64,000 bases of DNA from Candidatus Cybelea sp. (lineage in GTDB: Bacteria; Vulcanimicrobiota; Vulcanimicrobiia; Vulcanimicrobiales; Vulcanimicrobiaceae), in NCBI GenBank assembly GCA_050008615.1, contig JBEKMH010000014.1, positions 8,107 through 72,106 of the forward strand. The letters run 5' to 3'. Made by a program: the position numbers and the translations under genes. Shown one piece after another: positions 9,107 to 19,400 of this stretch; positions within the stretch are counted from its first letter, which is position 1; every line of letters begins with the position of its first letter. The notes below the pieces were generated by a model. That model was not told the DNA's origin, did not search any database, and saw only the letters and a list, made by a program, of their open reading frames with translations.

Positions 9107-10270
9107 ATGGCAATAGCACCAACCGAAATTGCAAGCAACGACGAAGAGGCTATGATTCTCGAAATGGTGCGCGAGCTGGTCGCCGAGAAGATCGCTCCGC
9201 GCGCTGCCGGGATCGATGCCAGCGGCGAGTTCCCCTGGGACGTCAAAGAGCTTTTTGCGCAGAACGACCTCCTGGGCATTCCCATTCCGGCAGCGTACGG
9301 CGGCCTCGGAGGCACCTTTGTGACGTACGTGAAGGTGGTCGAAGAGATCGCAAAGGCCTGCGCTTCGAGCGCGCTCATCGTCGCCGTGCAAGAGCTGGGC
9401 ATGCTGCCCATCATGATCGGCGGCGACGAGGAACAGAAGCGGCGCTTTCTTCCGAAGATCGCCTCGGGCGAACATCTCGTTGCATATGCGTTGACCGAAG
9501 TCTCCAGCGGCTCCGACGCGCTGGGCTCGATGAAGACCCGAGCCGTGAAACAGGGCGATAACTACGTGCTCAACGGTCAGAAGATTTGGATCACCAACGG
9601 GAGCGTCGCCGACGTGGTCTGCGTTTTCGCCGTCACCAACCCCGAGGCCGGCTCGCGCGGCGTCTCCGCGTTCGTCGTCGAGAAAGGCACGCCGGGTTTT
9701 TCCGTCGGTAAGCTCGAGAAAAAGATGGGAATTCGCGGATCCCCGACCGTCGAGCTGGTCTTTTCCGACTGCGAAGTGCCGGCGGCCAATCGTCTCGGCG
9801 AAGAAGGCGAAGGTTTCAAGATCGCGATGAAGGTGCTCGACAAATCGCGCCCGGGCATCGCAGCACAAGCTCTCGGAATCGCCGCAGGCGCGCTCGATTA
9901 CGCGACCGGCTATGCCAAGGAACGAATCGCGTTCGGGAAACCGATCGGTCAACATCAGGGCGTCGGCTTCATGCTCGCCGACATGAAGACCGAAGTGGAA
10001 TCGGCCCGCTTGATGCTCTACGAGGCCGCGCGTCGCTGCGATGCCGGCGGCCCCGACGTCACGCTCTGGGCGGCGATGGCGAAGCTCAAATGTGGCGACG
10101 TAGCAATGTCGGTTACAACCGATGCGGTTCAGGTGCTCGGCGGCTTCGGGTACTCCGTCGACTATCCGGTCGAACGCATGATGCGCGACGCGAAGATAAC
10201 GCAGATCTACGAAGGCACGCAACAGATTCAGCGGCTCGTGATTTCGCGAGGGCTCGTGGGGAGAGGCTGA
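9107..10270 (+). CDS. Acyl-CoA dehydrogenase (short/branched-chain type)
   Basis: ACAD motifs YALTEVSSGSD, GQKIWITNG, IYEGTQQIQRLVISR. ATG 9107 is preceded by GGAAGG; an alternative GTG at 9089 adds 6 aa. Confidence 0.93.
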   Translation: MAIAPTEIASNDEEAMILEMVRELVAEKIAPRAAGIDASGEFPWDVKELFAQNDLLGIPIPAAYGGLGGTFVTYVKVVEEIAKACASSALIVAVQELGMLPIMIGGDEEQKRRFLPKIASGEHLVAYALTEVSSGSDALGSMKTRAVKQGDNYVLNGQKIWITNGSVADVVCVFAVTNPEAGSRGVSAFVVEKGTPGFSVGKLEKKMGIRGSPTVELVFSDCEVPAANRLGEEGEGFKIAMKVLDKSRPGIAAQALGIAAGALDYATGYAKERIAFGKPIGQHQGVGFMLADMKTEVESARLMLYEAARRCDAGGPDVTLWAAMAKLKCGDVAMSVTTDAVQVLGGFGYSVDYPVERMMRDAKITQIYEGTQQIQRLVISRGLVGRG

Positions 10271-10273
10271 ACG

Positions 10274-11638
10274 ATGCGAATCTTGCTTGCCTTTCTCCTC
10301 GTCGCCGCCGCAGGATGTAACTACGTTTCTCCGCTTTCGGCGACGCCGCGAACATTTGAACCCCTCTCCCCGGCCGGCGCCGTTGCCAAACCCGGCGCTT
10401 TCACCGACGGCAAGATCAGCCACGTCGTCATCATCATCCAAGAGAACCGGTCGGTAGATAATCTCTTTCAAGGTTTGAAAGGCGCCGACACGCAGTCGTA
10501 CGCCCTAAACTCCGCCGGCAAGCAGATTACGTTGCTCCCCATCCCGTTCACTGCGCCGTACGACCTCGATCACGAGCATGGCGGGTATGCGGTCGAAAGC
10601 GACAGCGGCAAGATGGACGGCTTCAACCTGGAGCACTCCACGAACTGCGCCGGCCTGGCCGGCTGCCCGAAAGCCGACGCCGCAGCGTACGGCTACCTTC
10701 CGCGCAAGGAAGTCGCGCCGTACTTCGATATGGCCGAGCAGTACGCGTTTGCCGATCACATGTTTCAGAGCAACGAAGGGCCGAGCTTCCCCGCACATCA
10801 GTATTTGATCAGCGGAACGTCCACGATCAGCGCTAGCTCGTCGCTTCGCGTCTCCGAGAATGCCTTTACGCCCAAGCAGCATTATACGGGCGGCTGCGAT
10901 TCGCCGCCGGGTTCCCTCGCGTTGCTCATCGACGAAAACGGCCAAGAGCTGCAGGAGACCTATCCGTGTTACGACCGGCCGACGTTGATGGACCTGATCA
11001 CTGATAAGGGGCTAAACTGGCGATACTACGAGTACCATACCGGTCCCGGTTTGTGGAACGGCCCGGATGCGATCAAACATCTCCAGGAAGGGTCGCAGTT
11101 TTCGACCGAGGTCGTGGCACCGTCGTCGAAGGTGCTCACCGATATCTCGAGCGGCTCGTTGGCAAACGTCGTCTGGGTAACGCCAACGGCGAAGGCATCG
11201 GACCACGCGCACATCACCAACGGTACGGGGCCGGCGTGGGTCGCTTCGGTCGTCAATGCCGTCGGCGAGAGCAAATACTGGGACAACACCGTCATCTTTC
11301 TGACCTGGGACGACTGGGGCGGATGGGTCGACCACGTGCCGCCGATCGTCTACAACTCCTACGAGCTCGGCTTTCGCGTTCCGGCGGTCATCATCTCACC
11401 CTACACGCCGAAAGGTTACGTTTCGCATCGCCAGCACGAGTTCGGAAGCATCCTGAAGTTCGTCGAAAAAGCGTTCGGCTTGGGATCGCTCGGCACGACC
11501 GACGCTCGCGCCGACGATTTCTCCGACTGCTTCAACTTCAAGCGCAAGCCTCGCGCGTTCACATCGATTCCCGCGCCGCTCGGCGCCGGCTACTTTCTCA
11601 AGCAAGGCGGTGGGGACGAGCCCCCGGACGACGACTAA
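10274..11638 (+). CDS. Phosphoesterase-family lipoprotein (phospholipase C / acid phosphatase family, PF04185-like), paralog 1
   Basis: Lipobox LVAAAGC. HVVIIIQENRSVDNLF N-terminal motif, WVTPT..DHAH, VNAVGESKYWDNTVIFLTWDDWGGWVDHV, GFRVPAVIISPY. Paralogous to 27616..28968 and 55913..57226. Confidence 0.85.
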   Translation: MRILLAFLLVAAAGCNYVSPLSATPRTFEPLSPAGAVAKPGAFTDGKISHVVIIIQENRSVDNLFQGLKGADTQSYALNSAGKQITLLPIPFTAPYDLDHEHGGYAVESDSGKMDGFNLEHSTNCAGLAGCPKADAAAYGYLPRKEVAPYFDMAEQYAFADHMFQSNEGPSFPAHQYLISGTSTISASSSLRVSENAFTPKQHYTGGCDSPPGSLALLIDENGQELQETYPCYDRPTLMDLITDKGLNWRYYEYHTGPGLWNGPDAIKHLQEGSQFSTEVVAPSSKVLTDISSGSLANVVWVTPTAKASDHAHITNGTGPAWVASVVNAVGESKYWDNTVIFLTWDDWGGWVDHVPPIVYNSYELGFRVPAVIISPYTPKGYVSHRQHEFGSILKFVEKAFGLGSLGTTDARADDFSDCFNFKRKPRAFTSIPAPLGAGYFLKQGGGDEPPDDD

Positions 11639-11648
11639 ACCGCTGGGG

Positions 11649-11659
11649 TCAGGATGACA
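11649..11659 (-). repeat. Hairpin repeat family, 11-nt fragment (TCAGGATGACA)
   Basis: Only the terminal arm is present. It supplies the nth stop codon, exactly as at 63479..63488. Confidence 0.35.
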
Positions 11660-12326
11660 GCAAGCGTTTACGTATTCGCGGGGTGGGGCAAAGTTGGTTG
11701 ACCGGGCAACGGTCGCAGAGCGGCGTCGGCGCTTTGCAAATTTGGCGCCCGTGCAGAATCAGCCAGTGGGACGCGTCACCCCACTTATTTTGCGGCACGA
11801 GTTTGACGACGTCTTCTTCTACTTGGCGCGGCGTGGTGCCGGCGGTCAACCCTAAGCGGTGCGAGACGCGAAAGACGTGCGTGTCGACTGCGAGCGCAGC
11901 TTCGTGGAAGGCGGCGGCCATCACCACGCTGGCCGTCTTTCGGCCGACGCCGGCGAGCGATTCCAGCGCTTCACGCTCGCGAGGAACTTGGCCGCCGAAG
12001 CGTTCGACCAGATCGCGCGCGCACGCGATGATGTTCTTGGCTTTCATGCGAAAGAATCCGGTCGACTTGATGATCTTCTCGACGTCGGCCGGCTTGGCGC
12101 GGGCAAGCTTCTCCGGCGTCGGATACTTTGCGAAGAGTATCGGCGTCGTCATGTTGACGCGCACATCGGTGGTTTGAGCCGAGAGTATTACCGCGACGAG
12201 CAGCTCAAACTCGCTATCGTACTCCAGCGCCGTCTCCGCATGGGGGTACGTGCGTTCCAAAATCGCCAGCTCTTCGAGCGCGACCTTGCGCGGTACTTTC
12301 TTTGCCGGAAACGGAATGCGCTGCAC
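11649..12326 (-). CDS. nth: Endonuclease III
   Basis: HhH-GPD fold (LAGVGRKTASVV, VDTHVFRVSHRLG) and a 4Fe-4S cluster C-x6-C-x2-C-x5-C (CKAPTPLCDRCPVNQLC). Confidence 0.93.
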   Translation of the reverse strand: MQRIPFPAKKVPRKVALEELAILERTYPHAETALEYDSEFELLVAVILSAQTTDVRVNMTTPILFAKYPTPEKLARAKPADVEKIIKSTGFFRMKAKNIIACARDLVERFGGQVPREREALESLAGVGRKTASVVMAAAFHEAALAVDTHVFRVSHRLGLTAGTTPRQVEEDVVKLVPQNKWGDASHWLILHGRQICKAPTPLCDRCPVNQLCPTPRIRKRLLSS

Positions 12327-12332
12327 GCGCCA

Positions 12333-13274
12333 TCATTCTCTTAGCGCTACGCACTCTCCGTCGTGCGTCACCAGGCCGTCTTTCTCCAGCGCGGCCACCA
12401 GCTCTCGAAGATCCTCGACCGTCCGGGCGGCGACGGCCGGCATCGCCGAATGCAAGTCGAGCAGTGAGATCCGCTCGCCGGGCGGCAGATCGCGTAAACG
12501 GTCGATGATTCGGCCGCGCGCGTAGCGCCTGGTCTGCTCGAACGGTACTACGTTCTGCGGCGAAGCGGGCTTTGCACCGGCGATTCGAGCCGATTCGAGC
12601 TGCGCGGCGTTCACGGGCGCGGCCGCGCAATCGGCTCGCAACGGGCAGAGTAAACACTTCGGCGCGCGCGCGGTGCAGATAGCGGAGCCGAGATCCATCA
12701 TCGCCGAGCTCCAGTCGTGCGCGCGGCCCGCCGGCACGAGCGCTCGAGCGCGTTCGTCCAGTTCCCGCGCGCTTGCCTGGCGCGGGTGTTCGATGCCGAA
12801 AAATAGGCGATGCACGATGCGGCGGACGTTGGTATCCAGCGGCGCGTCGTCTTCGTTAAACGCGAAGGCCCGAATCGCCGCAACGGTATACGGTCCGATG
12901 CCCGGCAGCAACCGCAGGGCGCACGGTTCCGAAGGCAGCATTCCGCCGTAGCTCTCCGCGACCGCTTGGGCCATGCGGTGTAAACGCACGGCGCGCGAGT
13001 TGTATCCCAGCCCTTTCCATTCTCGCAGTACGGCGGCGAGCGAGGCTCGCGAAAGCGCCGCGAAATCTGGAAAGCGTGTGACGAAGGCTTCGAACTTGGG
13101 CACGACTCGATCGACTTGCGTCTGAGCCAGCATGAACTCGCTCACGACGGTCCTGTAGGGGCTTCGCTCCGTTCGCCACGGCAGCGTGGCGCGGCCATGA
13201 CGCCGGTACCAACGGAGAAGGCTGCGCTGCATGCCCGCGAAACCAGCCGAGCCCGCCCGTCCCTTCCTGACCAT
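12333..13274 (-). CDS. mutY: A/G-specific adenine DNA glycosylase (MutY family)
   Basis: TLPWR, EFMLQQTQV-like AQTQVDRV, GLGYNSRA, LPGIGPYTVAAI, DTNVRRI, and the Cys cluster CTARAPKCLLCPLRADC. Start may be the internal ATG at 13232. Confidence 0.82.
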   Translation of the reverse strand: MVRKGRAGSAGFAGMQRSLLRWYRRHGRATLPWRTERSPYRTVVSEFMLAQTQVDRVVPKFEAFVTRFPDFAALSRASLAAVLREWKGLGYNSRAVRLHRMAQAVAESYGGMLPSEPCALRLLPGIGPYTVAAIRAFAFNEDDAPLDTNVRRIVHRLFFGIEHPRQASARELDERARALVPAGRAHDWSSAMMDLGSAICTARAPKCLLCPLRADCAAAPVNAAQLESARIAGAKPASPQNVVPFEQTRRYARGRIIDRLRDLPPGERISLLDLHSAMPAVAARTVEDLRELVAALEKDGLVTHDGECVALRE

Positions 13275-13327
13275 AGGGCGAGGCGCTTCGCCCTTTTCGT
13301 GGGGAACGCTCCCGATTGGGCGAAGCC

Positions 13328-14779
13328 ATGGGTATGAGCAATGAGCAACAGTTTGACGCCGTCGTTATTGGCGCGGGGCCCGGCGGCTATCACGTCGCGA
13401 TTCGGCTTGGTCAGTTGGGTAAGAAGGTGATCTGCATCGACCGGGACGAGGTCGGCGGCGTCTGCCTGAACTGGGGATGCATTCCGACAAAGGCGCTGCT
13501 GCACGTCGGCGAGGTCATTCGTCATATCGAGCGCGCGGAGGCTATCGGCCTCAAGGTTCCCAAAGCCGAAGTCCAGCGCGAGAACGTTGCGAAGTTCAAA
13601 AACGACGTCGTGAGCGCAAACGTCAGCGGCGTCAAGACGCTCTTCAAAGCCAACGGCGTGGAGTCCCTGCGCGCGGAGGCCTCGTTCAAGTCGCCGACTG
13701 AGATCGTTGCGAAACGCGAAAATGGCCAAAGCGACACGATCAAGGCGCAGACCATCGTGATCGCGACCGGCTCCGCCCCCGTGGACGTCAAAGCGTGGCC
13801 GCGCGACGGGAAGACGATTATCAACTCCGACGACGCCGTCAAGCTGGAACGCATTCCGAAGAAGCTTTTGGTCATCGGAGGGGGCGTGATCGGCTTGGAG
13901 TTCGCGACCGTCTACCGGCGCCTGGGCGCCGAGGTCTTGGTCGTCGAGATGATGCCGCAGATTCTCACCGGCACGGACCTCGAGATCGGCAAGACGCTCG
14001 GACGCATTCTAAAAAAACAAGGCATCGAGATCATGCTCAACACAAAGGTCGGCGCGCTCGAAAAGAAGGGCGATACGGTACGCGCGACGCTCAACGGCGA
14101 AGGAACCGGCGGCAAAGACGAGGTCCGCGAGTTCGATATGGCGCTCGTTGCCGTCGGGCGCCGACCGGTCACCGACAATCTCAACCTAAAAGCCGCCGGG
14201 CTGCAGGCCGACGAGCGCGGTTTCATCGCGACCGACCTTCAGCAGCGCACGAATGTGCCGAACATTTTCGCGATCGGCGACGTCACCGGCGCACCGCTGC
14301 TGGCGCACCGCGCGATGAAGCAGGGCGTCATCGCCGCGGAAGTGATCTCGGGCGACAAGTCGGCGGCCTTCGATCCGATAGCCGTGCCGAACTGCATCTA
14401 TACCGATCCCGAGGTCGCGACCGTCGGTCTATCTGAAGAGGAGGCCAAAGCGGCCGGTCACGAGGTTCGCATCGGAAAGTTTCCGCTCGCTGCGAGCGGC
14501 CGCGCCCGCACGATGAATGAGAGCGAGGGTCTGATCAAGCTCGTCGGCGATGCAAAGAGCGATTTGCTGCTGGGAATGCACATCGTCGCACCGCAAGCCG
14601 AATCCATGATCGGCGAAGGCTTAATCGCCCTCGAGATGGGCGCCACGCTCGAGGACATCGGCCTCTCCGTCCATCCGCACCCCACGTTCGCCGAGGGAAT
14701 CATGGATGCGGCGGAAGCCTCGCACGGCAAGGCGATTCACATCATCAATCCCAAGCCGAAGGCTCCGGTGAGTGCTTGA
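13328..14779 (+). CDS. lpdA: Dihydrolipoyl dehydrogenase (E3)
   Basis: FAD site VVIGAGPGGY, redox disulfide CLNWGCIPTK, NAD site GGGVIGLE, C-terminal HPHPTFAE. ORF opens at TTG 13316; ATGs at 13328 and 13334. Confidence 0.95.
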   Translation: MGMSNEQQFDAVVIGAGPGGYHVAIRLGQLGKKVICIDRDEVGGVCLNWGCIPTKALLHVGEVIRHIERAEAIGLKVPKAEVQRENVAKFKNDVVSANVSGVKTLFKANGVESLRAEASFKSPTEIVAKRENGQSDTIKAQTIVIATGSAPVDVKAWPRDGKTIINSDDAVKLERIPKKLLVIGGGVIGLEFATVYRRLGAEVLVVEMMPQILTGTDLEIGKTLGRILKKQGIEIMLNTKVGALEKKGDTVRATLNGEGTGGKDEVREFDMALVAVGRRPVTDNLNLKAAGLQADERGFIATDLQQRTNVPNIFAIGDVTGAPLLAHRAMKQGVIAAEVISGDKSAAFDPIAVPNCIYTDPEVATVGLSEEEAKAAGHEVRIGKFPLAASGRARTMNESEGLIKLVGDAKSDLLLGMHIVAPQAESMIGEGLIALEMGATLEDIGLSVHPHPTFAEGIMDAAEASHGKAIHIINPKPKAPVSA

Positions 14780-15438
14780 CCGCTAGCGCGCGGATTCTCG
14801 ATCTCGGCGTGAGACCGTATCGCGAAGTGTGGGAACTTCAGCGACGGACCCACGAGGCCGTACGCGAAGGGCGCGAGCCCGATACGTGGATCGTCGTCGA
14901 ACACCAACCGGTTATCACGCTCGGCCGCCAAGCGAAGCGCGAGAACCTTTTGCTTTCCAAGGAGGAGCTGATTGCGCGAGGCGTCGACGTCGTCGAAGTC
15001 GAGCGCGGCGGAGACGTTACCTATCACGGGCCCGGGCAACTCGTGGTGTATCCAATTCAAAGGCTCGAGCGGTTCCGGGAAGTTGTGCCGCTCGTGAGGT
15101 CTTTGGAAGGTGCGGTGATCGACTGCTGCGCGCAGTTCGGCGTCACCGGCGAGCGCTGGAGCGATCACGCCGGCGTGTGGGTTGGGCGTAACTGCGTCTG
15201 CGCGATCGGGCTCGCGGTACGCCGCATGGTTTCGATGCACGGCATCGCCCTCAACGTTTCAACCAGCCTCGACTACGATCGTCTCATCAATCCATGCGGC
15301 TTCACCGACCGCGGGATAACTTCGCTTTCGGTGGAGAGCGGGCGTCGCGTTACAGTGGGGGAAGCCAAAGCCGTGCTTCTCGACGAGCTATCGCGCGCGT
15401 TCGACGTTGCGTTTGTAGCAGAGCAGCAGGTCGCATGA
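14776..15438 (+). CDS. lipB: Lipoyl(octanoyl) transferase
   Basis: HQPVITLGR, RGGDVTYHGPGQLVVYP and ICAIGL-like CAIGLAVR. TTG start overlaps the lpdA stop. Confidence 0.92.
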   Translation: MTASARILDLGVRPYREVWELQRRTHEAVREGREPDTWIVVEHQPVITLGRQAKRENLLLSKEELIARGVDVVEVERGGDVTYHGPGQLVVYPIQRLERFREVVPLVRSLEGAVIDCCAQFGVTGERWSDHAGVWVGRNCVCAIGLAVRRMVSMHGIALNVSTSLDYDRLINPCGFTDRGITSLSVESGRRVTVGEAKAVLLDELSRAFDVAFVAEQQVA

Positions 15439-16361
15439 TAGAGGTTAACCTCAATGTCACCCTGAGCGCAGTCGAAGGGCGAAGGGCCCAGGATGACACT
15501 GGGAGCACTGCGAGAGTCCGAAAGCCCCCGTGGTTGCGGGTTTCGTTGCCGAGCGGGCCGGAGTACGAGCGCGTCAAGGCGCAAGTTAATGCGCTCTCGC
15601 TTCATACGGTCTGCAAAGAGGCGGCCTGTCCGAACATGGCGGAATGCTGGGGCGCGGGCACCGCGACAATCATGATCTTGGGCGATCTCTGCACGCGCGG
15701 CTGCCGCTTTTGTAACGTCAAAACCGGAAATCCGCGAGGAGAGGTCGACTGGCTGGAACCGCTGCGCGTTGCCGAAGCCGTGCGCGACTTGGGCTGGAAG
15801 TATCTCGTCGTGACCGCGGTCGATCGCGACGACCTCCCCGACGGCGGCGCGTTGATCTTCGCCAACACCGTACGAGCGATTCACGAGCGCGTGCCCGGAG
15901 CTCGAGTCGAGATTCTCAGCGGCGATTACCGTGGCGATCTCACCGCGGTGAACATCGTCGTCGACGCCCGCCCCGACGTGTTCGCACACAATCTGGAGAC
16001 CGTCCGGCGCTTGACGCCGCACGTGCGCGATAAGCGAGCAGCGTACGACCAGTCGCTCGCGGTGTTGGCGCACGCCAAAAGGCGCGCCCCGAATCGTTAC
16101 ACCAAGACCTCGCTGATGCTTGGATTAGGCGAGACCGAAGCCGAGCTCGAAACGGCAATGGACGATGCCCGCGTGGCCGGCGTCGACATTTTCACTATGG
16201 GCCAGTACTTGCAGCCCTCCAAGAAGCATCTGCCCGTCGTCGAGTTCGTCACGCCCGAAACCTTCAAGCGGCTCGGCGAGGTCGCGGCGCGGAAGGGCTT
16301 CCATCAGGTCGTCTCGAGCCCGCTCTCCCGCAGCTCCTACCACGCCGAGCAAGCGTTCTAG
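15435..16361 (+). CDS. lipA: Lipoyl synthase (radical SAM)
   Basis: RKPPWLRV, CKEAACPNMAEC, and radical-SAM CTRGCRFCNV. ATG 15435 overlaps the lipB stop (ATGA). The N-terminus contains an in-frame repeat copy (VTLSAVEGRRAQDD). Confidence 0.95.
   Translation: MIEVNLNVTLSAVEGRRAQDDTGSTARVRKPPWLRVSLPSGPEYERVKAQVNALSLHTVCKEAACPNMAECWGAGTATIMILGDLCTRGCRFCNVKTGNPRGEVDWLEPLRVAEAVRDLGWKYLVVTAVDRDDLPDGGALIFANTVRAIHERVPGARVEILSGDYRGDLTAVNIVVDARPDVFAHNLETVRRLTPHVRDKRAAYDQSLAVLAHAKRRAPNRYTKTSLMLGLGETEAELETAMDDARVAGVDIFTMGQYLQPSKKHLPVVEFVTPETFKRLGEVAARKGFHQVVSSPLSRSSYHAEQAF
15456..15497 (+). repeat. Hairpin repeat family copy 5 (full hairpin) inside the lipA 5' coding region
   Basis: GTCACCCTGAGCGCAGTCGAAGGGCGAAGGGCCCAGGATGAC. 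Confidence 0.9.
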
Positions 16362-16406
16362 CGAGGGCGCAACCCCAGGTAGCCTCGTTCGGTTGGAACG
16401 GCTAGC

Positions 16407-19400
16407 GTGACGAAGGTTTTTCTCACCAGGCCCGTCCTGGCAGCGGTTTGTTCCTTAATCATTTTGATCGGCGGGCTGGTCGTTATGCCGACGTTGCCGC
16501 TCGCGCAATATCCGCAAATCTCGCCGCCGGTCGTGACCATCAGCGCTTCGTACGTCGGCGCCGCCCCCGAAGCCGTCGAAGCACAGGTTACGACGCCGCT
16601 CGAAGAGGCCGTCAATACGGTCCAAGGTCTACGCTATATCAGTTCGACCAGCTCGCAGGGCACCTCGACGATCACCTGCACGTTTACGCTGGAAACGAAT
16701 CTCGATATTGCCGCCGCCGACGTGCAGAACTCCGTGCAGTCCGCGATCGGCCAGCTTCCCGCGACGGTGCAGCAAGTCGGCGTGCAGGTGAGCAAAAACT
16801 CGGGATCCTTCGTGATGGGCATCGCGCTCACGTCCGATACCAGCAAGTACGATACGCTCTTTTTGAGCAACTACGCGCAGCTCAATATCGTCAACGACCT
16901 TTCGCGCACGCCGGGCGTCTCGCTCGTCCGCGTCTTCGGCCAACGCCAGTACGCGATGCGGATCTGGATCAATCCGGCCAAGCTGGCGCAGCAAGGGCTC
17001 GACGCCGGCGACGTCGTCACTGCCCTGCAAGAGCAGAACGCCGAGATTGCCAGCGGAAGCATCGGCGCGGCTCCCGAGTCGAAAAACCAGCCGTATACCT
17101 ACACCGTTAACGCGCTGACGCAGCTTTCCAGCCCCCAACAGTTCGCCAACATCATCCTTCGCGCGAATCCCAACGGCGGGTTTACGCGTTTGGGTGACGT
17201 CGCGCGCGTCGAGCTCGGCGCCGAGGACTACAGCACGGCGCTGCGCTTCAACGGCAATCCCGAAACCATCGGCCTGGGGATCTTACAGTATCCGACGGCC
17301 AACGCGCTGCAGGTTTCCAACGGCGTGCTGAGCGAGATGAACGTTCTCTCCAAGAACTTTCCAAAGGGCCTTCACTACACCGTTGCCTTCAATACGACCG
17401 ATTTCGTTGCCGAGTCGGTCAAAGAAGTCATTATTACGCTGCTGCTCTCCATCGTGCTCGTGGTGCTCGTCATCTACGTCTTTCTGCAGAACCCGCGGTC
17501 GACGTTGATTCCGGCCGTAACGATTCCGGTCTCGCTGATCGGAACGTTCTTCGTCATGAAGATCTTTGGTTTCACGATCAACACGATCACGCTCTTCGGC
17601 TTGACGCTGGCCACCGGTCTGGTCGTCGACGACGCCATCGTCGTGATCGAAAACATCGCGCGTCACATCGAGATGAACAAGGGGCGCCAAAGCGGCGTTG
17701 CGAGCGCCGCGGAGGCCATGCGCGAGATCCAGAGCGCCGTCGTCGCGTCGTCGCTCGTTCTCCTAGCGGTCTTCATTCCGGTCGGCTTCTTCCCGGGCAC
17801 GACCGGACAGCTCTATAAGCAGTTTGCCCTAACGATCGCGGCCGCGATCACGATCTCGCTCTTCCAGGCCCTGACGCTCGCGCCTGTAATGTCGGCACGG
17901 CTGCTCACGGGCGAAGTCGAGTCGCAGTTCATCTTTTTCAAGTGGTTTAACAAGGGTCTCGCGCGCTTCCGCCATTGGTATGCGTCGGAGTTGCCGCGGC
18001 TCTTCCGGTTTCGCTGGCTCGTGACCGGCGTCTTCGGCCTCGCCCTGCTGGCGACGCTCTTCATGTTCGTGAAAACGCCGACGTCGTTCATTCCGAGCGA
18101 AGACCAAGGCTACTTCATCGTGTTGCTGCAGGCCCCCGAAGGCACCTCGCTCTCGGCCGAGCAGGCCATCGCGCAAAAGGCCGAAGCGATCATTCGAAGC
18201 CAGCCGCAGGTGCGCTATATGTTCGACGTCGGAGGCTTCAGCTTCACGGGATCGGCTCCGAACCGCGGACTGATGTTCGTCCTCCTCAAGCCCTGGGGTC
18301 AGCGCAAAGGTGCAGGCGACAACATCGACGCGGTCATCAACCGCGTCAACTACGGCTTTTTCAAAAACATTCCGCAGGCTCAGCTCTTCGCGCTCAACCC
18401 GCCCGCAATCAACGGCGTCGGAAGCTTTGGCGGATTCCAGTTCGAGCTCGAAGATCGCGGGAATGCGGGTCTCCCCGTGCTGACGAAGACCGCCTTTGAG
18501 ATGATGGGCGCAGCCGCGCAAGATCCGCGGCTCATGAACGTCTTCACGCAGTTTCGCCTCAACTCGCCGCAGGTTCAACTCAACATCGATCGCAGCAAGG
18601 CCAAGGCCGTCGGCATCTCGCTGACCGACATCTTCGATACCCTCGAAGTCGATCTCGCGTCGCTCTACGTTAACAACTTCACGTATCTCAATCGCTCGTG
18701 GCAGGTCGACGTGCAGGCCGACGAGCCGTTCCGTAACCGCATCTCATCGCTGCAAGGCTTGTACGTAAGCTCCGGCTCCGCGGCAAACAACACCGCTGCG
18801 TCGGTCAATCCCTTGGCGACCCCAGCGCCGTTTAGTCCCACCGGCAGCACGAACGCGACGAACACCGTGATGACGCCGCTCGCCGCCCTCGTGCAGATGC
18901 AGCAAGTGGATACCGCGCCGGTCATCAGCCATTACAATCTCTACCGCAACATCGAGCTCAACGGCAACAACGCGCCGGGTCACGGTTCGGGCGAGGCGCT
19001 CACCGCGATGGATCAGATCGCGCAAAAGGTCATGCCGCCGGGCATGAGCTATGAGTGGTCGGGTTTACAGCTTGACGAGATTGCCGCGGGCAGTTTGAGC
19101 ACGATTATTTTTGCGCTCGGTCTCGTCTTCGTCTTCCTCGTGCTATCGGCCCAATACGAGAGTTTCATCGATCCGCTCATCGTTTTGCTCGCCGTGCCGG
19201 CCGCGCTCTTCGGCGCGCTCGGATTCATGAACCTTCGTCACTTGCTGCCCATCCCGGGACTCTTCGATCCAAGCCTCGCGCAAGATGCGTACGCGCAGGT
19301 CGGCTACGTCATGCTGATCGGCCTCGCCAGTAAGAGCGCAATTCTGATCGTGGAGTTCGCGAACCAGCAGCTCCGCGAGGGCGCGAGCATCGTCCAAGCG

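Noticed and set aside
8813-10471. 552-aa minus-strand ORF opposite scoA and the acyl-CoA dehydrogenase
   Set aside because: It lies antisense to two genes with strong family motifs. Its sequence is Arg/Gly/Ala-rich and low in complexity, as is typical of high-GC shadow ORFs.
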